Positions 47,668 to 56,620 of a stretch of DNA of 64,000 nt are shown here, one piece after another. The position numbers and the translations under genes were made by a program. Numbering within the stretch: position 1 is the stretch's first letter; every line of letters starts with the position of its first letter. Under the pieces are notes generated by a model, which saw only the letters and a list, made by a program, of their open reading frames with translations, ran no database searches and was not told the DNA's origin. This stretch comes from an uncultured Elusimicrobiaceae bacterium (GTDB lineage: Bacteria > Elusimicrobiota > Elusimicrobia > Elusimicrobiales > UBA9959): positions 12,717 to 76,716 of the forward strand of contig CAYQJX010000007.1 in the NCBI GenBank assembly GCA_964417965.1, read 5' to 3'.

Positions 47668-47839
47668 AGGACTCCTCTTAGGAGGGGTTCAGTGAGGCCG
47701 TCGCCTAAAGGCGAAAGGCCGAACGACGATGAAACGGGGAACCTTAGGTTCCCCTTGTAGAGCACCGGGCCGGCACCTTTAAAGGCCCGGCGTTAATCGC
47801 CCCGAGCGAAAGCGAGGGGTGCGACAGTAGGAGGGGAAT
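47668..47839 (+). promoter_or_regulatory. structured intergenic region (five consecutive hairpins): candidate cis-regulatory leader or sRNA
   Basis: Hairpins at 47672-47684, 47696-47720, 47736-47754 (8 bp perfect), 47765-47790 and 47797-47824 (GAAA loop with tandem G.A). I recognised no known riboswitch core. Confidence 0.3.
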
Positions 47840-48292
47840 ATGAAAACAAGCTTAACGATACTGCTGCTCGCGGTCTGCGGCTCCGTGGTCTGCGCCCAGG
47901 TCCCGGCGGAAAAGAAGCCCGCGGCCGGCGCAAAGAAAACTACGGCGGTGGAAACGCCGGCGGCCCCGAAGGCCGTCAAGGCCGAGCCCGCCAAACCGGC
48001 GGAAGACGCGGAGGAATCGGTGGTGATGATAGACTCCAGGGCGGACGCCGATCCCGACGAGGGCGGGCGGTATTCCACCGGCGCCTTCGGCGGCGAGCAG
48101 GAAGAGACCGCCGTGCCAGGCGGCCTGCCGTCCTCGTACGGCCAATGCAAGGGCGTGATAACGGAGGCCGGGCGTTCCATCCTGGTCTTCGAGAACCCCG
48201 ACGACGGGGCTATCTCCCTGGTGCAGCTGGTCCTGGGCAAGGGCAAGCCCACCTGGAAACTGCTGGACCGCATGCCGCGCAGCGCGGACTGA
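47840..48292 (+). CDS. secreted hypothetical protein
   Basis: Signal peptide MKTSLTILLLAVCGSVVCAQ. Lys/Ala/Pro-rich linker. AGGAGG SD. Confidence 0.6.
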   Translation: MKTSLTILLLAVCGSVVCAQVPAEKKPAAGAKKTTAVETPAAPKAVKAEPAKPAEDAEESVVMIDSRADADPDEGGRYSTGAFGGEQEETAVPGGLPSSYGQCKGVITEAGRSILVFENPDDGAISLVQLVLGKGKPTWKLLDRMPRSAD

Positions 48293-48382
48293 CGCTCCCC
48301 CGGGGCTTACCCCGGGCCCCCCTGAAGTGCTAAAATATCCCTACGGGCCGTTGTTTTACCCGCGGCCCGCAATGAGGTATAT

Positions 48383-48568
48383 ATGAAACGCAAGGATCTG
48401 GTTAGACATCTCATCAGCAAAGGCTGCGTGCTCAACCGCGAGGGCGGCAAGTACTCGGTTTTCCTCAACCCGGTTTCCAACAAGGAAGTGCCGGTGACCC
48501 GCCACAACGAAATCGCCGATTTCACCGTACGCAAGATCTGCCGCGACCTGGGAGTAGACCAGCCTTGA
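48383..48568 (+). CDS. hicA: HicA-like (YcfA/COG1724) protein, possibly catalytically degenerate
   Basis: MKRKDLVRHLISKGCVLNREGGKYSVF...VPVTRHNEIADFTVRKICRDLGV fits the HicA pattern. The GGxHS His position reads Tyr. Confidence 0.65.
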   Translation: MKRKDLVRHLISKGCVLNREGGKYSVFLNPVSNKEVPVTRHNEIADFTVRKICRDLGVDQP

Positions 48569-48957
48569 CCCGGCGGCTCCTCGTCGCCGCCCTGCTGCTG
48601 CTGGGGGCCTGCGCTTCCGCCAGGCTCGACGTCATACAGGTAGGCCCGTGGTTCTCCCCGCGCGACTGGCGCGAGGTGGAGGTTTTTAGTTCCCGCGAGC
48701 AGACCAGGCGGCCCTGGGGCGGGATAGGCATCCTCCACAGCCCGCGCGTCAGCGCCGAAACCGGCGCCGCGCAGCTGGAACGCCTGAAGCAGCAGGCCCG
48801 CCGCGACGCGGCCGCCATGGGCGCCGACGCCGTCATCATGACCGTGGATTCCGTGCCTACCGGCCCGCAGATGGGCGTCTACCAGGAGGGAGAGCTTTTT
48901 CTCAGCGCTCTCGCTATAAAATATGTCGCCGACGTCTCTACCCCTTCCGCAAAATAA
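48565..48957 (+). CDS. lipoprotein, unknown function
   Basis: Lipobox LLLLGAC. The TTG start overlaps the hicA stop (TTGA). GADAVIM motif. Confidence 0.55.
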   Translation: MTRRLLVAALLLLGACASARLDVIQVGPWFSPRDWREVEVFSSREQTRRPWGGIGILHSPRVSAETGAAQLERLKQQARRDAAAMGADAVIMTVDSVPTGPQMGVYQEGELFLSALAIKYVADVSTPSAK

Positions 48958-49621
48958 AGTTTCCATCGCGCTCGACGCCGCCGAAGCCAGGACCTGGCGC
49001 GGCCGCGGCATCGTGATAGACCTGTTCCGGTTCTCCAACACCATCTGCGCGCTCGTGGAGAGCGGCCGCCGCGACGTGCGGGTGTACCCGACGCCAGCCT
49101 TGGCGCTGTCCGCCCGGCGTCTGGTGAAGAACGCGGACCTGTTCTCCGAAATAAACCTAGGAGTGGAACAGTACGACAATTCCCCGTACACCGCCCTTTA
49201 CGCCTCCGACCCGGCCAGGCCGGCCCTGTCCGTCACCAATTCCGGCTCGCCCGCCGCGGCCTCGCTGCTGCTGGCCGACGAGGTGCTGGTGGCCTGCTTC
49301 GCCAATTTCCCGGCGCTGGCCGCCTACTGCCGGGCCAACCCCAAGCCGACGCTGATCGTGCCCGCCTGCCTGTTCTACGACATGAAGCACGTCGAGGACA
49401 TGATCTGCGCGCGCGCCCTGGTGGAGGAGCTGGCGGGCCGCGACGCCTTCCCCGACGCCCTGGGCGAGATCCACTCCAGCGGGCGCGTGCTGGATTTCAT
49501 GGCTTTCAGGCCGGAGACCGGCAAGCGCGACATGGAGCTGGTGCTCAGGAAGGGCTGGATGAAGGCGGTCCCGCGCATCAGGTTCAAGGCCGGCGCCGGC
49601 CTGGTGGAGAACGCCGTATGA
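48923..49621 (+). CDS. divergent 2-phosphosulfolactate phosphatase (ComB) family protein
   Basis: IVIDLFRFSNTI, YDNSPY, VTNSGS and LVACFANFPALAAY parallel the ComB motifs VIDVLRATSTI, GNSP and TTNGT. Confidence 0.5.
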   Translation: MSPTSLPLPQNKVSIALDAAEARTWRGRGIVIDLFRFSNTICALVESGRRDVRVYPTPALALSARRLVKNADLFSEINLGVEQYDNSPYTALYASDPARPALSVTNSGSPAAASLLLADEVLVACFANFPALAAYCRANPKPTLIVPACLFYDMKHVEDMICARALVEELAGRDAFPDALGEIHSSGRVLDFMAFRPETGKRDMELVLRKGWMKAVPRIRFKAGAGLVENAV

Positions 49622-50289
49622 AGAAGAAGGCCGTGGTTCTTTTTTCGGGGGGGCTGGATTCCACCACCGCCCTCTCCTGGGCGCTGGCGAAAGGCTACGA
49701 GTGCCTGGCAGTTTCTTTCGACTACGGGCAGCGCCACTCGCGCGAGAACGCCGCCGCCAGGGCCATCGCCCGCCGCCTGGGCGTGAAACTCTACGAGATA
49801 AAGCTGGATTTCCCCTGGTTCGCCTCCTGCTCGCTGGTGAACAAAAAACTGCGCCTGCCCGACGTGAAGCTGGCGAAGATAGGCAGCGGGGACATCCCGT
49901 CCACCTATGTGCCCGGCCGCAACCTGGTGTTCGCCTCCGTGGGGTTCTCGCTGGCCGACGCCGTGGGCGCCGACGCCATAGTGCTGGGGCCCAACGTGGT
50001 GGACTATTCCGGCTACCCGGACTGCCGCCCGGAATTCTACCGCGCGCTGGAGAAGGCCGCGGCCTTCGGCACTCGCCGCGGCGCGGGCGGCAGGAAGATA
50101 AAGATCCTTACGCCGCTCATAGCGCTGAGCAAGGCCGGCATAGCCAAACTGGGCGCCAGGCTGAAGGCCCCGCTGGAGCTGACCTGGTCCTGCTACAGCG
50201 GCGGTAAAAAGCCCTGCGGCCATTGCGACTCCTGCAAGCTGCGCGCCAAAGGTTTCGCCGACGCCGGCCTGGCGGACCCCGCGCTTTAA
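49618..50289 (+). CDS. queC: 7-cyano-7-deazaguanine synthase
   Basis: AVVLFSGGLDSTT and Zn motif CYSG...CGHCDSCKLR. Confidence 0.93.
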   Translation: MKKKAVVLFSGGLDSTTALSWALAKGYECLAVSFDYGQRHSRENAAARAIARRLGVKLYEIKLDFPWFASCSLVNKKLRLPDVKLAKIGSGDIPSTYVPGRNLVFASVGFSLADAVGADAIVLGPNVVDYSGYPDCRPEFYRALEKAAAFGTRRGAGGRKIKILTPLIALSKAGIAKLGARLKAPLELTWSCYSGGKKPCGHCDSCKLRAKGFADAGLADPAL

Positions 50290-50299
50290 TTATTTCACG

Positions 50300-51001
50300 A
50301 TGAAAAACCTCACCGCCCCCGTCGCCGAGATCTTCTGCTCGCTGCAGGGCGAGGGTCTTTATATGGGCCAGCGGCAGGTCTTCCTGCGCTTCGCCGGCTG
50401 CAACCTGCGCTGCGGCTACTGCGACGAACCCGCCGCGCTGGAGACGGCTTCCTGCGCGGCAATGACGCCCGGCGACGCCGCGGCGGCTGTGATAAAACTC
50501 GCCCGCCGCAGAAAGGCGGGGGACGTTTCCCTGACGGGCGGCGAGCCGCTGCTGCAGTGGCGCTTCCTCCGGGCGCTGGCCCCGCTGCTTAAGAAGGCCG
50601 GCCTGCGGCTGCATCTGGAGACCAACGGCGTGCTTTATGCCGAGCTGGCCGGGGTGGCGCCCCTGGTGGACGTGATCGCGATGGATATAAAACTCCCTTC
50701 GGCCACAGGGCAGGCGGCGTGCTGGGCCGGGCACAGGAAGTTCCTGGCGGCGGCCCCGGAAAAAACTTTTATCAAGACGGTGCTGACGTCGAAGACCAGG
50801 CTGGCCGACGTGGAGAAGGCCGTCAAGCTGGCTGCTTCGGTGTGCGACGGCGTGCCGTTCTTTCTGCAGCCGGCTACGGCCAGGCGCGGGGTGCGGCCCC
50901 CGGCGGCCGTTTTCCTGCGGGAAGCCTGCCGCCTGGCCGAGGCGCGGCTGAAGCATGTTGTGCTGCTGCCGCAACAACACCCTATCTGGGGAGTAAAATA
51001 G
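50300..51001 (+). CDS. queE: 7-carboxy-7-deazaguanine synthase (radical SAM)
   Basis: FCSLQGEG and FLRFAGCNLRCGYCDE. Confidence 0.9.
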   Translation: MKNLTAPVAEIFCSLQGEGLYMGQRQVFLRFAGCNLRCGYCDEPAALETASCAAMTPGDAAAAVIKLARRRKAGDVSLTGGEPLLQWRFLRALAPLLKKAGLRLHLETNGVLYAELAGVAPLVDVIAMDIKLPSATGQAACWAGHRKFLAAAPEKTFIKTVLTSKTRLADVEKAVKLAASVCDGVPFFLQPATARRGVRPPAAVFLREACRLAEARLKHVVLLPQQHPIWGVK

Positions 51002-51009
51002 GAGGGCTT

Positions 51010-51315
51010 ATGTCCGAAGGAACTTTTCTTATCGATTGTCCGTGCTGCAAGGCGCGCATTGAGGTGGACAGGCGCAGCGGCAAGGTGCTCAAGCACTGGG
51101 ACAAGCCGCAGGTCAAGGAAGGGGGAGACCTGATGGCCGAGTCCCTGAAAAAGATCCAGGCCGACAAGAGCCGGCTGGACGATTATTTTAAAAACGCGGG
51201 CAAGTCCATGGAAGATAAACAGAAAGAACTAGAGGCGCAGTTTGAGAAAGAAAAGAAACGCATTGAAGATTCCGGAGATACTTCTAAACCTATTAACCCG
51301 CTGGATTTAGATTAG
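51010..51315 (+). CDS. small zinc-ribbon plus coiled-coil protein, unknown function
   Basis: CPCCKARIEVD. Lys/Glu-rich C-terminus. GGAGGG SD. The upstream part of the ORF-track entry overlaps queE. Confidence 0.6.
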   Translation: MSEGTFLIDCPCCKARIEVDRRSGKVLKHWDKPQVKEGGDLMAESLKKIQADKSRLDDYFKNAGKSMEDKQKELEAQFEKEKKRIEDSGDTSKPINPLDLD

Positions 51316-51316
51316 G

Positions 51317-51348
51317 GTCTTAATTATATTTATAATTATAATTAAGAC
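51317..51348. repeat. AT-rich 32 bp palindrome (12 bp arms) containing tandem TATAAT boxes
   Basis: GTCTTAATTATA-TTTATAAT-TATAATTAAGAC, only 4 G/C in 32 nt within a GC-rich genome. Confidence 0.7.
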
Positions 51349-51442
51349 GTGGGCGCGTTTAAGCGCCCGGGCGCGCGCGGGTACATAGGCCCCGCGCACT
51401 ATTTTAAGCCCAAAGGGCCCAGATTTGTCTGGGCCCTTTTTT
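51349..51442 (+). ncRNA. candidate small RNA or structured 3' UTR ending at a strong terminator
   Basis: TATAAT boxes at 51331-51342. Hairpins GGGCGC/GCGCCC (51351-51368) and GCGCGGG/CCCGCGC (51375-51397). Terminator at 51415-51442. Confidence 0.25.
51415..51442 (+). terminator. intrinsic terminator
   Basis: GGGCCCAGA-TTTG-TCTGGGCCC followed by T6. Confidence 0.85.
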
Positions 51443-51489
51443 GCGCCATTTGGGCCTTTACGGCCCTTACGAAAAGGCGGCCCGCGCCG

Positions 51490-51495
51490 TATACT
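51490..51495 (+). promoter_or_regulatory. -10 box TATACT, 6 nt before ATG (leaderless candidate)
   Basis: TATACT-N6-ATG(51502). No SD present. Confidence 0.4.
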
Positions 51496-51501
51496 ATAGA
51501 C

Positions 51502-53091
51502 ATGACCAACAAAAAGCTCGCCCTTTCCATACTGGTTTCCTGCGTGATGCTCCCCGGTTTCTCCGCCGCGCAGAACGCCCGCCAGGCGGACATCCTTGAA
51601 AGGTACAGCGGCTCCGCCGCGGCCTTCGGCGCCAACGTGGACGCCGTAAAAGCCTCCCCGATCCCGAACCCCAAGGCCGAGCCGGTAGGCGTGCCCCAGG
51701 AATTCTCCGGCGCCGAGCCGGTGTCCTACTCCGGCACCGCGGTCACCCTCTGGTACGCGCTGGGCGCCCAGATCACGGACAACGCCCCGTGGACCAACAC
51801 CCCCGCTTTCGAAGCCATCTCCGACCGCGTGATGGCCGCCTCCAGGTCCAAAGCCTTTCCCGCCCGCTCCGCCGGCCAGCCTTCGCTGTTCACCGACGAG
51901 GGCTTCATCCGCGAGTTCGAGCAGGCCACCGGCGCCCGCTTTACCGGCAATAACTCGGCCCGCTTCCTGATCAACGGCCCCGCCTCCTTCGAGACCAAGG
52001 ACGCCCTGATCCGCAGCGCCAAGAAGAGCCTGCTGGTCTCCAGCTGGGCCTTCTACGACGACACTACCGGCTACCAGGCCGCGCGGATGCTCATCGCCAA
52101 GAAGACCGAGGGCCTGGACGTGAAAGTTATGGTGGACAGGAAGGTTAAGGTCGGCCACGGCAAGAAAGTAGTGGAACTGATGAAGAAAGCCGGCATAGAG
52201 GTGCTCGAGGTGCAGGAATCCCGCGCCAACGACATCTGGCACGTGAAGGTGCTGATCGCCGACGACCAGTACGCGGTGGCCGGCGGCCAGAATTTCGGCG
52301 ATGTGTACTCCCATAAAAGCGGCAGCATACTGTGGCGCGACACCGACGTGGTCTTCTCCGGCCCCGCCGTGCTGGACGCCAAGCGCCTGCTGGCCGTAGA
52401 GTGGAACCGGTACGCCGCCAAGAACGGCTTTAAGAGCATAGACGCCCGCAATACCGCCGGCCTGCCTTACGAGGGCGGCTCCGCCCGCGTGGCCGTGGTG
52501 ATGCAGAACCCGCCCCAGAGCTCCCCTATCCTGGTGAGCATCATAAAGGCCATGTACGCCGCCACCAAGCGCATCAACATAGAGAACGCCTACTTCGTGT
52601 CCCTGCCGGTGGTGACCCAGGCCGTGCTGGACGCCCGGGCCCGCGGCGTGGAAGTGAACATCCTGACCAATTCCAAAGAGAGCATCGACCCCGAGGGCGT
52701 GGTGATAGTGGAGGCGATGTACAAGTGCCTCATCCCCCTGGCCGAAGCCGGCGCCAACATCTACCTCTATAACGGCTGGCGCTCCCCCGGCGACACGCTG
52801 CACAGCAAGTTCATGACCGTGGACGGCGAGTTCGCCGACATCGGCTCCTACAACCTGCACCCCCGCGGCGAGCGCTACGACACCGAGGTCAACGTGAACA
52901 TCCTGGACCGCGGCTCCGTGGCCCAGCTGGACGCGGCCTTCAACAGGGACCTGCAGAACTCCCGCAAGGTGAAGACCGCCGCCGACCTGGACGGCAAGCC
53001 CACCTTCATGGGCACCGTGGCCAACAACTACTTCTACGCGCAGCTCGGCGCCCCGGCCGGCGTCCCGGCCGGCCTCAGCCTGCAGAAGTAA
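51502..53091 (+). CDS. secreted phospholipase D superfamily protein (two HKD motifs)
   Basis: HVKVLIADDQYAVAGGQN and HSKFMTVDGEFADIGSYN. Signal peptide MTNKKLALSILVSCVMLPGFSAAQ. The ORF-track start at 51349 spans a terminator. Confidence 0.8.
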   Translation: MTNKKLALSILVSCVMLPGFSAAQNARQADILERYSGSAAAFGANVDAVKASPIPNPKAEPVGVPQEFSGAEPVSYSGTAVTLWYALGAQITDNAPWTNTPAFEAISDRVMAASRSKAFPARSAGQPSLFTDEGFIREFEQATGARFTGNNSARFLINGPASFETKDALIRSAKKSLLVSSWAFYDDTTGYQAARMLIAKKTEGLDVKVMVDRKVKVGHGKKVVELMKKAGIEVLEVQESRANDIWHVKVLIADDQYAVAGGQNFGDVYSHKSGSILWRDTDVVFSGPAVLDAKRLLAVEWNRYAAKNGFKSIDARNTAGLPYEGGSARVAVVMQNPPQSSPILVSIIKAMYAATKRINIENAYFVSLPVVTQAVLDARARGVEVNILTNSKESIDPEGVVIVEAMYKCLIPLAEAGANIYLYNGWRSPGDTLHSKFMTVDGEFADIGSYNLHPRGERYDTEVNVNILDRGSVAQLDAAFNRDLQNSRKVKTAADLDGKPTFMGTVANNYFYAQLGAPAGVPAGLSLQK

Positions 53092-53105
53092 AAAGACCGG
53101 TTCTG

Positions 53106-53142
53106 GCGGAAGCCGGGGTTAACCGCCCCGGCTTCCGCTTTT
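53106..53142 (+). terminator. intrinsic terminator
   Basis: GCGGAAGCCGGGG-TTAACCG-CCCCGGCTTCCGC followed by TTTT. Confidence 0.85.
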
Positions 53143-53169
53143 CCATTGGTAAAGCACCCCTGAAAATCA

Positions 53170-53175
53170 TAAAAT
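53170..53175 (+). promoter_or_regulatory. -10 box TAAAAT, 7 nt before ATG (leaderless candidate)
   Basis: TAAAAT-N7-ATG(53183). No SD present. Confidence 0.4.
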
Positions 53176-53182
53176 ATACTCT

Positions 53183-53722
53183 ATGCATAAGGACCTGCAG
53201 GAAGTGCTGCTTTCCGCGGAAGAGCTGGGCGCCGGCGTTAAAAAGCTGGGCGAGCGCATCTCCGCGGATTACGCCGGCCGGACCGTCACCCTGGTAGGGG
53301 TGCTCAAGGGCTGCGTGCTGTTCATGTCCGACCTGGCCAAGCACATCTCCCTGGACACGCGCATGGACTTCATGATGCTCTCGTCCTATTCCGGCCAGCA
53401 TTCCACCGGCGTGGTGCGCATCCTGCTCGACCTCAAGGAGAGCATAGAGGACTGCGACGTCGTAGTGGTGGAAGACATCGTGGATTCGGGCCTGACGATG
53501 GAGTACATGCTGCAGAACCTCAAGACCCGCCGGCCCCGCTCGGTGGAGATCTGCACGCTGCTCGACAAGCCGAGCCGCCGCAAGGCGCAGGTGCCGATAA
53601 AATATACCGGTTTCCAGATCCCGGACAAGTTCGTGGTGGGCTACGGCCTGGACTACAACGGGATCTACCGCAATCTGCCGTATATAGGCGTGCTCAAAGA
53701 GTCCGCCATAGAAAGGAAATAA
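53183..53722 (+). CDS. hpt: hypoxanthine phosphoribosyltransferase
   Basis: PRPP motif VVVVEDIVDSGLTM. Confidence 0.93.
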   Translation: MHKDLQEVLLSAEELGAGVKKLGERISADYAGRTVTLVGVLKGCVLFMSDLAKHISLDTRMDFMMLSSYSGQHSTGVVRILLDLKESIEDCDVVVVEDIVDSGLTMEYMLQNLKTRRPRSVEICTLLDKPSRRKAQVPIKYTGFQIPDKFVVGYGLDYNGIYRNLPYIGVLKESAIERK

Positions 53723-53725
53723 GAC

Positions 53726-55531
<1,806 letters not shown>

Positions 55532-55552
55532 GAAACTTGAGGGGGAGAAACT

Positions 55553-56404
55553 TTGTACCTGCATTACATTAAGACGCTCGCCGACATCCTGGCCGTATAC
55601 TACATAGTGTACCGGCTGATACTGCTGCTGAAAGGCACGCGGGCGATGCAGGTCATCTGGGGCGTGTTCATTCTCGCCGTGCTCACCTCGCTGGCCAAGT
55701 TCCTGCACCTCGGCGCCACCGTCTGGCTGATGCAGCAGTTCTGGCTGGCCGGTATCTTCCTCCTCATCGTCGTCTTCCAGCCCGAGATCCGCTTCGCCCT
55801 GGCCAACATCGGCTCCAACCCGCTGGGCCGCGTGATGGTGTCCCAGGAGTACCGCTTTATAGGCGAGATGATGGAGGCCGTGCGCACCGCGGCCGCCGAA
55901 AAGATGGGCATGCTCATCGTGCTGGAGCAGGACATGGCCCTGCGCGACATCGTGGAGACCGGCGTGCGGATAAACGGCGAGGTCTCCAAGGAGATGCTGC
56001 TGACCGTGTTCCACGACAACACCATGCTGCACGACGGCGCGGCCGTGATAGCCAACAACCGGCTGGTGGCCGCCGGCTGCATCCTGCCGCTGACCGAGCA
56101 GCAGGAGCTGTCCAAGATCCTCGGCATGCGCCACCGCGCAGCGCTCGGCCTGAGCGAGGTCGCCGACGCCATCATCATCATAGTTTCCGAAGAGACGGGC
56201 ATGCTGTCCGTGGCCCGCAATGGCAAGCTGCAGCAGCACGCTGACCCCAAGGACCTGGAAGCCATGCTGTACCAGCTGTACCGCTCCAAGGCGGAGAAGA
56301 CCCTGCTGCGCAAATCGCCCCGCGCCGAAGCCACGCCGCCCGCCCAGCCGCGGCCCGCGGCGCCGCAGCCGGCCCAGCCGCGGCAGGCCCAGGATAAAGC
56401 ATGA
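55553..56404 (+). CDS. cdaA: diadenylate cyclase CdaA
   Basis: Three N-terminal TM helices. DisA_N motifs HDGAAVI and GMRHRAALGLSEVADAIIIIVSEETG. TTG start after a GGGGGAG SD. Confidence 0.9.
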   Translation: MYLHYIKTLADILAVYYIVYRLILLLKGTRAMQVIWGVFILAVLTSLAKFLHLGATVWLMQQFWLAGIFLLIVVFQPEIRFALANIGSNPLGRVMVSQEYRFIGEMMEAVRTAAAEKMGMLIVLEQDMALRDIVETGVRINGEVSKEMLLTVFHDNTMLHDGAAVIANNRLVAAGCILPLTEQQELSKILGMRHRAALGLSEVADAIIIIVSEETGMLSVARNGKLQQHADPKDLEAMLYQLYRSKAEKTLLRKSPRAEATPPAQPRPAAPQPAQPRQAQDKA

Positions 56405-56496
56405 ATATCCCCGAACTTTTTACGCGCAACTGGCAGATAAAGGTGCTCTCCCTTATCATAGCCCTGCTGATCTGGTATTTCATCACCGGCGGCTGA
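56401..56496 (+). CDS. 31 aa ORF resembling only the N-terminal membrane anchor of CdaR/YbbR (truncated remnant or minimal peptide)
   Basis: Hand-translated as MNIPELFTRNWQIKVLSLIIALLIWYFITGG*. ATGA overlap with the cdaA stop. No YbbR domains follow in any frame. Confidence 0.4.
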   Translation: MNIPELFTRNWQIKVLSLIIALLIWYFITGG

Positions 56497-56620
56497 CCGC
56501 CTCCCCTTAAGCTTCCCACTTGGTACCCCGCGGCATAGGTCTAAAAACTCTGTTTTTAGGCCCATTCGGCTCTTATTTTTCTCCCGCAGAACGCGCATAA
56601 TATAGATACAGGAGAAAATA

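Noticed and set aside
47668-47839. Possible c-di-AMP (ydaO-type) or c-di-GMP riboswitch, considered because cdaA is in the window and ACGGGGAACC occurs here.
   Set aside because: I could not find the conserved ydaO cores (for example the paired GGGGACCCA / CCCGAACCCG...CUAACCUCGUAAGCG-type segments) or GEMM features. It is kept only as an unclassified structured region.
47840-48292. Considered as the missing HicB antitoxin partner of the HicA-like gene.
   Set aside because: It has a cleavable signal peptide and a Lys/Ala/Pro linker. It has no HicB (RNase H-like fold plus DNA-binding) features, and it lies upstream rather than in the usual downstream position.
48958-49617. Looked for a preQ1 riboswitch ahead of queC.
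   Set aside because: There is no intergenic space. The ComB-like gene overlaps both neighbours, and no preQ1-type hairpin with an A-rich tail is evident.
51349-51501. Upstream extension of the PLD ORF (ORF-track start 51349).
   Set aside because: It would read through a strong intrinsic terminator (51415-51442). The signal peptide starts at the ATG at 51502, directly behind a -10 box.
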